Assembly: GCA_024704765.1 (NCBI GenBank)
Contig: JAKMXF010000301.1
Span: forward strand, 217,807-281,806
Source: Oopsacas minuta
Taxonomy: Eukaryota; Animalia; Porifera
Length of the DNA stretch: 64,000 nt
Direction of reading: 5' to 3'
In this document: positions 1 through 13,240 of the stretch, one piece after another
Layout: every line of letters begins with the position of its first letter
Numbering within the stretch: the stretch's first letter is position 1
Translations under genes and position numbers: made by a program
The notes under the pieces: model-generated
Database searches by the model: none
What the model saw: only the letters and a program-made list of their open reading frames with translations
Told to the model about the DNA's origin: nothing

Positions 1-1406
1 TTACAGAAGTGTTTAGGCAGTTTTTAGGCGGACTTTTGATGCTCCTAAATAATCACATTAGGGACCAGGCAAGAATAGACCTTCCCTAAATCAATATACT
101 TCCTCTGAATATTTTGAACAGCTCCTGACTGATCTTGTCATTCTAATCACTGAATGTAGGGAAAATATTCCGTACATTTTAAGAACTCTTAAACCGCCGT
201 ACATTCCTAGATTTCTTGAAATTATTGATCGCTTGCTGCACCTGCTTGTACTTTTGAATCTTATATCCAAGCGATCATGAAATATCCAATTACTCCTCCC
301 ATTTATTGTGATCTGCAACCTCAATATTTTCGTTTGATACGCCACTTCCCCCATACCCCGTCACATAATCGCTCACTCTTTGCTCCCTCCCTTTTCCAAA
401 CCATGGATCCGACACTGATTATCCTATCACATATGTTGACAACGTTCGTACAACTTTTGAGAATTTTACTCCTAGATTCCATAGTATTGTTTCAATGCAT
501 TTCACTAATCCGAACGAATGAATTTGCAATTAGAACAGTACTATTTGGATTAGCGATGGTATACCATAATACATTTATCCTTCCCAATATGCTACGATGA
601 GATATTATCGCAACTATTAAAATTCCCTAGAACTGATCTAACTTATCCCAGGCCCAAGTCCATCAATAATTATCATTTTATTAGTGTATAGAATGTTATG
701 ATTTCGTTATTTGAAGAATACAGTAGCATATTGGTCAAAAATGACTCAATGTTCTGACAGCATAAGGTAAAAAAGAATTAAGTGCATTCATACATCACGT
801 ATCGTTCTGTTTCGAGTTTCCATCAAGATGATCTACAAATCGAGTTTGACATTTTGGAATTTAACATTAGAGAGGGCAATGAATGGAAATCTTCTCGCTT
901 ATGAGAAATTCATTCCTAACAATACATCGATGAAGTGTTACAAAAACCGCGGAAGGTAAAGAATAAGTCGCGAGCAGCCAAACAAGACATAAAAGTTTAA
1001 CGCGAATACTCCTCCAACGGTATTCCCACTAAAAGCGAGGGCTGCCTGTAGCTATTTGGAGTGGAAGATTGATTAGAATTGAAAGATTAATATGATTGAA
1101 ATCATGTATGACGTGATGTGACAAGTGGAAGGCTGAATTAACACGAAATTTGTGAATTAGATAGTCAATTGTTATAAAATAAAATGTAAGCACACTAAAA
1201 AATTGTTGATATTTCTAGCCGTTCTACGAAATGTACATCGCGGCCACCAAAGGGACTCCATTTTTGGAACCAGTGATCTTAAATACACTCAGCTCAGCGA
1301 ATCCCCTGTATATTACATAATAAAATATTTACACGTGACTCACTGAAGCCATTACATATAATTATTGCAATTATATATGCAGTGCCTTTCCACTAGCCAT
1401 AAACTA

Positions 1407-1412
1407 TTTAAT
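1407..1412 (-). promoter_or_regulatory. Candidate polyadenylation signal ATTAAA for SF3B1
   Basis: ATTAAA on the minus strand ~55 nt after the stop codon; the hexamer is common in AT-rich DNA. Confidence 0.3.
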
Positions 1413-1467
1413 AGGCTATTATACTACTACACTCAAGGTTAGATAAAATGCATTGGATATTAGAAAT

Positions 1468-2679
1468 TTATATTGAATAGAATAATTCATGGCGAGAATA
1501 GCTGTGCTGTTGATCATTATCAATATTAGGATAATTTGGAACCAAGGAATCTTGAAAACTAATATAGAGACTATTATAATATCTCCAATATACATCTCTA
1601 ATTTTTCTCGCTGGATGCATTAGACCTTGAATTAAATACAGTATTAATTGACTTGGGCCAATTGCATAAGAAAGTCCTTCAATTGCATCTCGTACAGCCA
1701 TAACCATATGGGGTGAAGTTTCAAATATATTAGGCCATACAAAATTTAACAGGTGACGAAGTGCATCTTCACACCCAAGACCAAATACTCCTAGTGACAT
1801 GTGTTTTACTGCTGAACATGAAGTTTGTCTGTGAACAAGATCCCTATCCATCAGTGCATCTTCGAGTAATGGAGTTACCGCATAAATATAATCCTTTCCC
1901 ATTTCGCCGATATATTCAAAGAGGAATGACATTGACTTCAGAACTCCGTGTTGTACATTCAATTCCGGAAGTCTGTATTCATTCATGAGGCCAGGAATTA
2001 CTGTAAATGGTGAACACGTTTCAGCAACAATAGCGATAGCTACTGTAGTACAAACTCTATTCTGCCTCTCTTGAACACGTAGATTCGTCAATAAAGTAGC
2101 TAATACATCTTGTGGACCAATAGCCTTAGCAATATAACCAAATGTATTAACAGTTGCTCTACGTATTGCTTTTTTATGTGCTTTTAAGAGATCCAACAGT
2201 TCTACGCATATACGCATCCATTCTCTTGGTTGTACAAAGTCAGCACCTCTGTCAGCAATCCTGCCAACAAGATCAATACAATTTTCTTGCACTTTTTCAT
2301 GCCTATTTTTTAGGATAGGAGTTAATCGTGGTAACAGATCTTTGATTGGTGGGGTCATTTTGGTCATTCCGATCACATTTACTATTGCTTTTAAAGCTCC
2401 TAGTATACTTCCTAATACTTCAGGGTATTCTTCCCCCAGATATTCGTACAATATAATTCCTAGATGCCCCATTAATTTCTCTTCCATACAAGCTTTCATA
2501 ACTGCAGCTATTTTGCTAATAAGATCCGCAGCTTGTTGACGAATTTTAGGAGATCGGTTATTTAAGCGAAACAAAACTGTACCACATATCTGTGGAAGAT
2601 ATGATTTAACCCTGGTTCCAAGTGCATTTACAATTACTCCAAATCCACTGAGCATCACAACATCTTCCGATGACTGTTC
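1468..2679 (-). CDS. SF3B1: SF3B1 terminal coding exon ([10 protein letters not shown]...HELFYSI*)
   Basis: C-terminal HEAT repeats ([46 protein letters not shown]). Acceptor gtatttAG at 2680; TAA stop at 1468-1470. Confidence 0.98.
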   Translation of the reverse strand, partial: EQSSEDVVMLSGFGVIVNALGTRVKSYLPQICGTVLFRLNNRSPKIRQQAADLISKIAAVMKACMEEKLMGHLGIILYEYLGEEYPEVLGSILGALKAIVNVIGMTKMTPPIKDLLPRLTPILKNRHEKVQENCIDLVGRIADRGADFVQPREWMRICVELLDLLKAHKKAIRRATVNTFGYIAKAIGPQDVLATLLTNLRVQERQNRVCTTVAIAIVAETCSPFTVIPGLMNEYRLPELNVQHGVLKSMSFLFEYIGEMGKDYIYAVTPLLEDALMDRDLVHRQTSCSAVKHMSLGVFGLGCEDALRHLLNFVWPNIFETSPHMVMAVRDAIEGLSYAIGPSQLILYLIQGLMHPARKIRDVYWRYYNSLYISFQDSLVPNYPNIDNDQQHSYSRHELFYSI

Positions 2680-2742
2680 CTAAATACATTAAATGTAAAC
2701 AATAGAGAATAAATCATCATGTATTAGTATTAATATGATATA

Positions 2743-4857
2743 CAGTAAACATTGGATTTAACGACATCGGCTTTAACGACAAATCGCTTATAACGACTCA
2801 TTTTGCTTGCCCAGAATCTCGCAGCATTATTCTGCACACATCATACCTCGGGTATAACGACCTGTCAGATAACGACAAATTGAATTTAGCGACATATTTT
2901 CTATGCCTGCTCCATGCAAATCCAATTGGATATTACGAGTTTTGGGCTGTCTATACTGTGGACTTAAGAAAAGTGTACTAGTGAATTATTAAGGTTTAAC
3001 AATTGATTTAATTATAAAACAATTAAAATCTCCTGTTGAATCAACAGCATCTGGCTTCTTACGAAAACGCTTATTAAAAGCCATTGTACGTACAATGTAA
3101 TGTTAAAATTTAATCGTCATAGATTCGAGCGGACTTGGCAAAAGGAAGCGCTTTTCTTTTGCTGAAAAATACAAAATTTTGAAGGAGCTTGATGCAGGAG
3201 CTAAGCGACCATTCTTGGAGCAGAAACATGGCATTTCACATGGGACCCTAGCCGGCTTCTTGAAAGATCGGGCGATGATTGAAACTTCCATCGCAAGTGC
3301 ATCAAATCTTGATTCGAAGAGCACAAAGCTGTCTCGATACCCGGTGATAGACACTGCACTGCTTGAGTGGTTTGGTTGTTTGAAGAGCACAGCTCCAGAT
3401 GAGTCAGTCACCAGTCCCTTTCTTCTAGAAAAGTCGCTATGCATCGCAGAGAAACTGAAAGTACGAAATGTGCCTGGCTACCTCGAACCTGTGTTCCTTG
3501 ATCTGAACTGGATAGATCGTTAGAAGAAGCGCCATAACATCACCAGCCGTCAAATCTCGGGTGAGAGCCAATCAGCAGATCACGCAGGTGCTGACAAAAG
3601 GATATCAACGCAGCTGAAACTGATTAGAGAAGAGTTTGAAGACAAGGATATTTTCAATGCTGATGAGACTGAGCTACTCTGGAAGATGACACCAGACAGA
3701 ACTTTGTCTTTCCGAGGAGACTTGTGCAAAGGAGGCAAGCGCTCCAAGGAACGCCTCACTGTATTGGTAGCAGCTAGTGCGCTTGGGGAGCGGTTTCCGC
3801 TACTCGTTATTGGAAAGAGTAAGCGCCCCCACTGTTTCCGAGGCGTCCTGAATCTTCCAGTGGAGTATGATGCCAATCGAACCACAAGGATGACAAGTGA
3901 GATTTTTGAGAAATGGCTAAGGAAGTTGAACAATTCTATGAGATTTGGCGACAGGAAAATCGTCATGATTCTTGACAACTTCTCAGGTCATCCGAACCTT
4001 AACTTGTCCCATATCAAGCTTTTCTTTCTCCTACCCAACACAACGTCTATGACTCAGCCCATGCGCAGGTATAATCAAGAACCTCAAGCACCATTACCGC
4101 CGGTTTCTTGTTAGGAAGCGTTTATTGGCAGTTGATTCTGAAACGGGGTTCAAGCTTGACTTGCTCCAGGCCTTGGACTGGCTAAAAATGTCCTGGGATA
4201 ATGTCACCCCCACAACCACCAAGCATTGCTATCAGCATGTTGGGTTCAAGGATCTACCTGCCACTGAAGAAACCTCAGCACCTGACACATCAATTTGGAG
4301 CAGTGCTGAAGAAGCAGGGCTTGTTTCGGATGGCTTATCATTTGAGGACTTTGTTGCTCTGGATGATGGTGTTGCAATTGGACCTGGTGCAAATGGTCTC
4401 GAAATTGACGATATCCTTAATAGTCTGCACCCTCTAAGTGATGACGATGTTGATATCGAAAATGACGACAATGAATATCCCCTCAATATCCATGTTCCGT
4501 CATTCGACACTATTGTCTCATGCCTTGACACCGTTATGAAGTCCTTGCGCACCCTCCCATGCTCAGAGAAACAGATTCAGTCTGTCAGCGAACTTCAAAA
4601 CTTCTTGGCTGAAAGTCAGCTGAGTCGATTGCAGCAGGCCTCAATAACTAGCTTTTTCAAGTCAAACTAATCATATTCATGACATTATTATGACGATAAT
4701 ACAACAACATAGCATACTACATCGTATAACACGAATAAATTTGGGTGTCATCCGATATATAATGCATATATAAAGCTTCCTCGGATTTAGCGACAAATCG
4801 GATATAGCGACCTTTTTTGCCTGCTCAAACGAGTGTCGTTAAATCCAATGTTTACTA
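2743..4857 (+). mobile_element. Full-length pogo/Tigger-type DNA transposon (defective)
   Basis: TIRs CAGTAAACATTGGATTTAACGAC / GTCGTTAAATCCAATGTTTACTA, flanked by TA. Multiple subterminal TAACGAC/TAGCGAC repeats. Internal transposase relic. Confidence 0.92.
3119..4670 (+). pseudogene. Tigger/pogo (CENP-B HTH + DDE_1) transposase pseudogene
   Basis: KRKRFSFAEK HTH start with ATA in place of the start codon. Motifs FNADET, KERLTVLV, LDNFSGH, PNTTSMTQP. In-frame TAG at 3521 and frameshifts near 4070-4125. Confidence 0.9.
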
Positions 4858-5365
4858 TATATATATATACTATTACTGAGTGGAATATATTGTACAAGTG
4901 AATGTGAAATACTCAAATATCCAACTTAACTGGTTGATAAAGGTTGTTCACTCAAAACAAATTGCTATAGTCTTGTAATTGTATATTGTTCCCCAGGGGT
5001 GTTATTTCGAAAGTCAGACTTATGTTTCTTGCTAATTTGAATAATTCTTCGTGGCCACATTGTGACACAGCTTGAAAATGTTTAATGCTTCATAACTTCA
5101 ATTAGGTTACCCTGATCCAATTTTTGTCGATATTCATCATCAGCGTAGAAAATTCCTTTGTTTGAGTGGTCACACTACTATATTTGGGAATATCTTTTCA
5201 TTTGCTAGGTAGGAAAGTCCCAGAATGGACAACATTCAATTCTCAAATGTATCCTAACATTATCGAGTGACCCCTTGTTCGACGCTATTTTAGATCTAGA
5301 TTAAGGTATATGACAAGTTTTTAATGTTGAGTCGATCTGAAATTAACCCCTTGAATAGTCTAGTA

Positions 5366-5507
5366 CAGTGCTTCTCTATCCAGGATTCACGACCCCTAGG
5401 TAGCCCATGGACCCAAAAACTTTGTATTATGTTAAATGGCTAGGGATACGTGGACACCATAAATTTGACCAGAGTTGGTGGGCAGATGAAAAGATTGAGA
5501 ACCACTG
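5366..5507. mobile_element. hAT (Charlie-type) MITE, 142 bp
   Basis: TIRs CAGTGCTTCTC / GAGAACCACTG with a perfect 8-bp TSD GTCTAGTA (5358-5365, 5508-5515). Confidence 0.9.
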
Positions 5508-6199
5508 GTCTAGTAGGTTCATCTAATACTTATATTGTAGAAATTATAAATCATGAGGATGGGGAGAATCGAAATTCTATCAACTGGGAACTCTATTTAT
5601 AGTAACAGATAATTCGGACAATAGATTTACAACAAATATAAAGATCCGAGTTGATAGAATATGACTATCCCCATCTCAAAATATATAATTTTGCTATTAT
5701 ATATGTATGAGGAGTATTTAACAGACTATTCAAGTTGAACAATTTAAGATCAACTGAAACATAAACTACTTGTCACATACCTTGATCCACATCATTAAAG
5801 TTTTTCATACATCTAGAATTATATCTATCACATATATAAAAGAAGAAATATGCAAAAAATAGAAGAAAATTAAGATGGCGAGAGGACGATCTAGTAAAAT
5901 CCTGTTAACATATACTTTCGAGGGTCAATAATTGTATAAACAGGTCCAGCTAGACTAGGGGCGTCCAACAAGGGATCACTCGTTGTGATTAGGAAACTTT
6001 TTGATGATGGAATGTTATAACATTCAGGCAGGGCTCTCGCTAGGCATCTATCAAAGGTACATACCCTTCTTGAAAGCTATTGTACCCTTCAAAAACATGT
6101 TGTAAGTGAGCGTGTATCATTTGAGTCAATATTATTACTTGAAGATTTCATTAAGTTATTGACAAAAATATACTGTGTTACAGTACATCTTGTGATTCC

Positions 6200-7570
6200 A
6201 AAGATTTAGCTTATTTAGCAACCTTGACCCAAGGAATGTGAATAAGGCTACTATACCAGCAACTACTGAATTGGAAGAACTTATGAGCATTGACGGTTTG
6301 AAATTGTGGCAAGAGTTCTTAGCTGACCGAACTTTCGCTAAGAGATCTCCAGATATTTCAGTGATAGTGGAACAAATTTTGGGGGATTGCGAACAAAGAA
6401 GTAATGGCTTGTACATTTCCTCTTATTTTTGACTTACTGGCTCGAGTTGCTGTACTGCCAGCATCCAGTGCGCATGTGGAACGAATCTTTCAACAATGAA
6501 AAGGGTTAAAACTGCTCAACGGGACAGATTGAACACAACTACACTCGATAACTTATTCGCATCTCAACTGAAGGCTCTCCAGTAAAAGAGTGAGATCCTT
6601 ATCTTGCAATGAGAAGGTAGGAATCTTGGGGGAAGAGGCGTATGTAAACGCCTAATTTAGTTAGAATCATACAACAAGAATATGGAAGTAGTTTGTTATT
6701 GTTTTGGGAATGTTTTGGCTTGTGGGAACCTGTCTTTGATATTAGAAATCAAAGCATCAATACAGGTCTGAGCCTTTCTTACTAAGTCCTCAGGTATAAG
6801 GGGATACGAAATATCAATATCTTGTAGTGTTGTTTCAAGGTACATCATGTGTTCACTATGTAGCGGATCCTTTTTCACATCTTCTAGAGCAGACAAACTG
6901 TCCTGTAAGATGTCATCCACATTTAATAAGTTCAGCGTACTACTTGAAATACTCTCGAAAGATTTTCAAGGATGGACAGGAAGCTGATAGCAAAGTAATG
7001 TGGCCACAAATTTAGCCTAGACATTTGCAGGGAAAGTCCTAGAGCTTTTGCATTTCCTTCAGCAGCACCTTTTCAAGTGTGAGCATTGCGGACTTTAGGC
7101 AGCGTCACAACACATTAACAGCACTCTGATGAGATAGCTATCGTGTTTCAGTAGGCCGTTGCATCTTTAGCATAGGTTCATTTAAAGCCGTACCATTTCC
7201 CTTATTGCTGTTATTCTGACGGTGCTTCTGGAAAATAAGCATATACTTCATTCAGTGTATTTTGGAATCTTTTCACCAGACCTGAATTCTCAGCTAAATT
7301 GCAGGTTGCAAGGGAAAGTCGCTAAGCTGCACAGTGCTTAACAATGAAATTGGGTGCCTGGTCTTTGAGACGAGTTATTACACCAGAGTGAGTGCCAAGC
7401 ATGACTGAGCCAGCATCACAAGCACCACCTGCAAGCTGAGAGAGATTTAGTACTATAGGTGCTTTGTAGGCCAGATAATTGACAATTGAATCTGAGATAA
7501 TTTCAACAGCGGCCTGACTCATAGTAGTATGTGAACGTATATTATGTGAAACCTTGGCGAACAATATCTC
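6200..7570. pseudogene. ZNF862-like hAT transposase relic with its halves in opposite orientations
   Basis: Minus 7564-6696: GACDAGSVMLG...HCAA...KDRFP. Plus ~6200-6650: FSNLDPRN...VLPASSAHVERIF-STMKRVKT (hATC dimerisation motif). Confidence 0.75.
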
Positions 7571-8079
7571 ATAGGGAAGTCAACAAAAGTATGCAAAATT
7601 TTGAGATAACAAACATCCAATGTTCTTAAACATGTTTAGATATTTGAAATTCTGATTTCGAAAACATGTGAAAAAATAAGTTTTTTGTAAATGCCCAAAA
7701 AAATGTAAAAATAATTCGAAAATTCAAAATCTTTCTGAATATTCAGAAACGTCCCTATGCCTTCTACTTGGTCTCCAATTTTTATCTATATCCAACAACG
7801 AGAAGTGCATTAATTTTACAACTGAAGTGTGCTCAGGAAAATCTTGCGCTAACTTCACACTCGTGCAAACATTAATGGGTGAGGAATAACACAAATAGAT
7901 ATTTTCTTTTAGATGAACAATTTAGAAGAATTGAAGTTGTATAACCCCATCTATCTTTCGGGCCACATGCCTTTGTTCATGAATTCAGAAATGGGAGTTT
8001 GTATCAATGAAAATTAGAATATTTAGCTGTAAAATAAGATAGTCAAAGTACATGAATCACAATTTGTGATGAGTATGTA

Positions 8080-8241
8080 AGGTAAACATCCGGCAACTCG
8101 AACACCTGGTCACTCGAACATTAGTAATGCCTAAAGATTATTTGGTTCTTTTCGTTGTAAGTTTAGTACTTAAGGCATTGGTTAAATAACTCGAACAGAT
8201 TGTGATTTTCACTGAGGGTTCGAGTTACCGGATGTTAACTG
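8080..8241. mobile_element. pogo/Tc1-type MITE, ~160 bp, 30 nt from the exon donor
   Basis: Inverted ends AACATCCGGCAACTCGAAC / GTTCGAGTTACCGGATGTTAACTG-TA. Confidence 0.75.
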
Positions 8242-8271
8242 TACTAATATTAAATACAAATACTATTTTAC

Positions 8272-8604
8272 CTGGTAAGCATAAAGAATACCATCAATCA
8301 ATTGTTCTTCAACTCTGGCATCAATATCGGAAGCGCCGAGGTTCACAAGAATTTTTTCAATACATTCCACAACCATTTTTCGATAATTTTCATTTTCCTC
8401 CTTTAAATCATCTACTATCCTTCGTATTATATCTGGTCCACCTACTTTATTGGCAATCTCTACTGTTGTATCAACAAGTTGCTTATGATTACGTCTGTCA
8501 GTTCCAACCCTCTGATTCCAGAAATGTTTAAAAAAATGTGGTAAAACTTCCTGTCGTATATAAGCTGCCTCAACTCCATCAGTCGCACAGCATTGCTTTA
8601 CAAC
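8272..8604 (-). CDS. SF3B1: SF3B1 exon (111 codons, [12 protein letters not shown]...IDGILYAYQ); absent from the ORF track
   Basis: Manual reverse-complement translation [56 protein letters not shown]... exactly fills the gap between neighbouring exons. Acceptor atcttAG at 8605; donor CAG|GTAAAA at 8271. Confidence 0.97.
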
Positions 8605-9386
8605 CTAAGATATGCAGCATATTATACAGAAAACAAATAAGAATGGTCACAATAAAAGTTGGGTTATTTGATGTCCACAAACTGTAGTTCCTCCAAAGTC
8701 CGACACATTTAACAGGGAATTTACTATAGCCTACACAGCATCGGTGTCTCAAATGCATCAGAGGAGTAGCATATTGATTTTAAAAGCTCAGTATAAATGA
8801 TAAATACTAACCGAATTGTGATCAAAATAATGTTTGACAAACATTGAACATATACAATGCCAGACATATAATCGAATTTCAAAGGTTGTAGTTTCTTCGC
8901 ATCGGATTCGGTAGGGTTGACAATAGTTCTACATGTTAATAATGGGTACATAATGCTATTTTAAGTTTTATACAAGTGGTGTACCGTGAGGGAGTGGGCC
9001 GCCCTGGTGACACTTTATGGGACTACATTTGCATTTAACCTTCTTTAGATACTTTAATAGAAATCAAAAATTTTCTAGTGGCACTACTATTACCAATTCA
9101 CAAATAAATATTAGGAACTCTACAGAGAGAATCCTACAATATCAGTAGTATATTGGTAATGTAAATAATTTCTGAAAATAAATTATTACATCTATCACAC
9201 ATATTGTTATATATTTGCTAATATTACAATTACTTTGCATATTACGTGAATAGGTGTTAACAGGAAAGAAAGTCTGAAGAAATTCTTGTCTGACTAGAAT
9301 TCGCAAAAACGAATTTGTAAGTTATTTTCATAGTTATAATATTTTGTTTTTATAGTGTTAAGCACTATACTTGTTATCAAATAACT

Positions 9387-9522
9387 TATATATAGCTCAG
9401 CTATACTATAGTACAGTTTTTGTGTATTAGCTTTCTATCTTCGGGGGATTGTTCATTTTTCGGATAATGGTATAGAGGTTTGTATTGCAAAAACTGTACT
9501 ATAATATAGCTCAGCTATATAT
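9387..9522. repeat. Small inverted-repeat element with palindromic TATAGCTCAGCTATA in both arms
   Basis: ~35-bp arms TATAGCTCAGCTATACTATAGTACAGTTTTT / AAAAACTGTACTATAATATAGCTCAGCTATA. Confidence 0.7.
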
Positions 9523-9888
9523 AACGAACCTCACTTGCAATATAGTACAAGAACTAGTCAACTGTTATCACTGCATGACGTATTTTACAGTAAACAAAAT
9601 AATCAGTTGATGATAAGCATAAAAAGTAAAAGTTTTGGCTATATGCGAAATCCAGAGTTAATTTCAACTCGCACCTACAAAAAGCACTTGAAAAATATAG
9701 CCATTTTTATGGTATTGATCAGTCGCGACGCTGAGCAGCCAGCACTTGTAAAAAAATCGAAATTTAAATGCGGTTTGTTAATGAGCTTGACAAAATAGTA
9801 GAACAATGCCTACCAAATATACAGCTAGATTTTCTACCCTAAACTACCAAAAATAGTAGACTCATTATAAAATAAATTATTATGTGTA

Positions 9889-10985
9889 CACTAACCGGAC
9901 AACAATAATTGCACACAATAAACATACAATTGTAAATCCTCGGAATACTGCAAATATTGGAATATGCATACGAAATATACTCGAAAGAACTACTGACTAT
10001 ACTCCCTGGCCAAATTTATTGGAACAACTAGCCATAATTGACACATGGCACAAATATGCTTCATACTTTAGTTGCGCAAGCTGAAGATAATTTCAACTAT
10101 TTTCGGAATTCATTTCATGAACAATGATAAAAGGTTGTTCATAATTTCTGCAAAATGAACTGATAATTCCATTTATTCTTGCTATGTGCCACTTGTGTCA
10201 AAAGTGGCATGGTGTTCCAATACTTTTGGCCAAGGAGTGTATGTTGGTTAACATTGTCCTGACTAAATAGATGCATACATTTTTAATAAATACTTTTAGT
10301 TGCAATTTGATCATAAATAGATAATGAGCTAACAAATTTTTCAATGCAGTTTGCATACAATTCTAATGAAATGGTATATTCCTGATAGCATATTTGAAAT
10401 CTACGGGTGCCTATTACCCTAATATAAAATTTTGAATTGTTTAGATAAAATTTGTTGACTTAATAGTATTTAAATATGTGTCGCCCGTGGCAGAAGTGGC
10501 ACATAACAATTACGTGTGGGCCACTTCTTAATATAATAAAGAATGTGGTAAAATGGACTATATCTACTAAATTAGTAATAATTGCAGTTTTAGTCTATTG
10601 ATGCCACTTTTACAACTTGTGACACAAATATTCAAATGCTCTTAAGTCAAAAAGATTTCATCTAAACAATTCAAAATATTCATGTTGGGGATTTAATAGA
10701 CAACCGTAGATTTCAAATATCCCATCAGATTTGTGCCGTCCAATTTGCATCAAATGTAATTTGCAATTGAATAATGCATTTGCTCATTATCTATTTAATG
10801 AGCAAAGTGTGGCTAGAAAATATCCAATCAGAAATATATTCACCAATTTATTCAGGACAATGTTAACGAACTTAGTCAAAGAGATTTTTCAGGTGTATTT
10901 TCGAATGCATATTCAAATTTTCGCAATATTTCCATGATTTTGGATTGAATATTTAGAGTGTGCAAGTACTTTTGTACCGTTAGAG
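9889..10985. mobile_element. Long palindromic element copy A (contains a 240-bp Tc1 MITE)
   Basis: Ends ta|CACTAACCGGACAA ... TTTGTACCGTTAGAG. Arms align as inverted copies (e.g. TTAACATTGTCCTGACTAAAT vs ATTTATTCAGGACAATGTTAA). GTGGCAC motifs at the inner arm ends. Confidence 0.8.
10000..10239. mobile_element. Tc1-type MITE inserted in the left arm of palindrome copy A
   Basis: TIRs TACTCCCTGGCCAAATTTATTGGAACA / TGTTCCAATACTTTTGGCCAAGGAGTG, flanked by TA. Confidence 0.8.
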
Positions 10986-11138
10986 CCTATACAGCAATTG
11001 ATCCAACACAAATATATGGGGGATACAATGCCCAGCGGCGAGACAAGTGAGCCGATCTGGGCGGAGTTATCAAACTATCAATTGATCAATAATTAATCAA
11101 CTAAACATATATAATAATAAATTTTTAGATAATTGATA

Positions 11139-11900
11139 TTAAAGAGGCATCCTTCTTTCTGTCCGATTGAATATGCTTATTATGCTATTAATGGTGAGAG
11201 CTTTGCTGAATTCTTTTTCAGAAGCTAGGCAGAGGCTTGATAAACTTGTGTCCTCAAGACGGTTTCTTTGTAGCGTTTTGACTCGTTTCATAGTTGAGAA
11301 ACTTCTCTCTGCACCTGCTGGTGATACAGGTAAGATAATCATTAATTAAAGAGTTTATCTGACTGGTATAGAACGCTGGATCCATGGTTACTATACCTGA
11401 TCGAGAATTAACTATTATCCGATAATTTGCTAATTCTGCATCAACTAACGCCTCATTGACGTCGAAGACGTCACCATAATGAGGGAATAATTTGCAAAGT
11501 GTTTCCCTCTGTAAGAACTTTGGTGAAGTGCTATTCAGGCCATCTAGGCTCTGAGCAAGCTCCATATAAGTGTCAGGAAATCGTAATTCTAATTCAGCGA
11601 AGACTTTGGGGAAACCGTTGTTGAAAATTATTGTATATTGCTCAAGTAATCAACATGTTCTATGAAATTTTGTGCATGTAAACTGGTAAGGCCACATTTA
11701 GGGGTATACAGCAATTAGTAATGATTTCTTCTGCTTGTCCCAACATTTCAGCAACAGACATTTCGTTACCAACCTGACCATCGTGTGTAACATGATGCCA
11801 CTCAATTGAAGCTCTCAGAAAATATTCGCTCAGCTGTGAAGAGTTGCAAGGGCATTCCACAATAGGACTCAATTAATTATTAACTCATACAATCTTATGA
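11139..11900 (-). pseudogene. hAT (ZMYM1-like) transposase C-terminal relic
   Basis: ILPVSPAGAERSFSTMKRVKTLQRNRLED dimerisation motif; upstream fragments are broken. Confidence 0.8.
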
Positions 11901-12050
11901 CAAAGACTGCCAGGGGTTGGTACCTCGCTGTCGTCATCTCCTGTCCTTTCATAAAAGTGAGTATGATTGGTTTAAAGCGAGAGCATATTACATCTAGTAC
12001 GTGGAGCATGGATTACTAACTTTTTTCTGATCGTAATGGAATCTTAAGTA

Positions 12051-12286
12051 CCGTAAACTGGGGCTACTTTGGCCCACTGGGTTTGCTTTAGCCCAAATAT
12101 CAAAGTTTCAAAGAAACTAGATTTGATCCAGTATTATACTTGAAAATGACTTGCCAAATTTTTAACGAATTTTCAAATATCGGTAGACAATTTCGAATAC
12201 AAATACAATATCTATTCGATAGGTAAGAAAACTTCAATATTTGGGCTAAAGCAAACCCACTAGGCCAAAGTAGCCCCAGTTTACGG
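12051..12286. mobile_element. TA-flanked MITE (pogo-type), 236 bp with ~50-bp TIRs
   Basis: ta|CCGTAAACTGGGGCTACTTTGGCC...GGCCAAAGTAGCCCCAGTTTACGG|ta; arms nearly identical. Confidence 0.9.
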
Positions 12287-13240
12287 TATCCTTATCTTTA
12301 GTGTCTTTTGCACGGCTTCAAAACAGTAATTCGTCTTAGCTAAATTGAATAGCTAGTGGAATTTGTCATCTATATTGATCTGGTTGGATACAAATTTTAG
12401 AGGACCTTTACAGAAAACAAATAGTTGATAGATTAAGTTAATAATTCGATTTTGGAATTTTAAACAAGACTCTTTCAAAGGAAGAACTTCTATGCAAAAC
12501 AAAGACATCGTAGACAGAGAAGCATGAGCAAACGTAGCGGCTCGTAATAACTAATCCGAAAAGATGTTCAAATCATCAACCAGACATAGTTTCTAAGGAT
12601 CCAAATGCAACAACAAATAGCTGGTAATACCCGGGCAACACCAAAGTGGCATCATGACACCAATACAAGTGCAAATAAGTTCACTACAAAAAAATAGCGA
12701 TAAAACTTCACTATCCATAGGCACATGGGCCTATATTCCCTATAAGCATAGCTAAACGCCTCTAGTACTTACAACATATGATATACAGCACTCAAAATGG
12801 ACATGATATATCGAAGGGAAAACACTTTTACATGTGATAAAATCAAATGTGTGAAATTGGATTCGCATATGTGATATACTGTGTGGAATAATCGAGAATT
12901 TGGCCCCAATTTATGCGAACCAGCACCTTCTGGCTCATGTAAGAACCTAGATTCACTCCTGTTATGTAGCACAATTTCAAGTGATGTGAGAAAATTCAGT
13001 GAATGATCAGACAGTGAGAATGTAGGACTGGGAATCCTTTGAGGAACGCGAACATGTTCTAAAGGAGGACTCCTCATCACAGTGCCACAAGTCAGGGGGG
13101 ACGTTGGACCGAGTCTGGTGGAGCAGATGGCACTATGACGCCGTACTATATACTCACACAAATGAATACGCTTCCATGTAGGGCAATCAGGGCTGGGGGA
13201 AGCAAATTATCATTTACTGCAATGGCCGAGTTGCCGACAA

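Larger units (their letters stand above)
2680..8271 (-). other. SF3B1 intron, 5,592 nt, GT-AG, phase 0
   Basis: Flanking exons join as YAYQ|EQSS. A TACTAAT branch-point-like motif lies at ~2722-2728 on the minus strand. Confidence 0.93.

Noticed and set aside
91-600. ORFs downstream of SF3B1 as a neighbouring gene
   Set aside because: No recognisable domain or consistent splice structure, and stops occur in the plausible frames.
1761-2539. Plus-strand ORFs overlapping the last SF3B1 exon, and 8202-8531
   Set aside because: Antisense shadows of conserved coding exons with no independent motifs.
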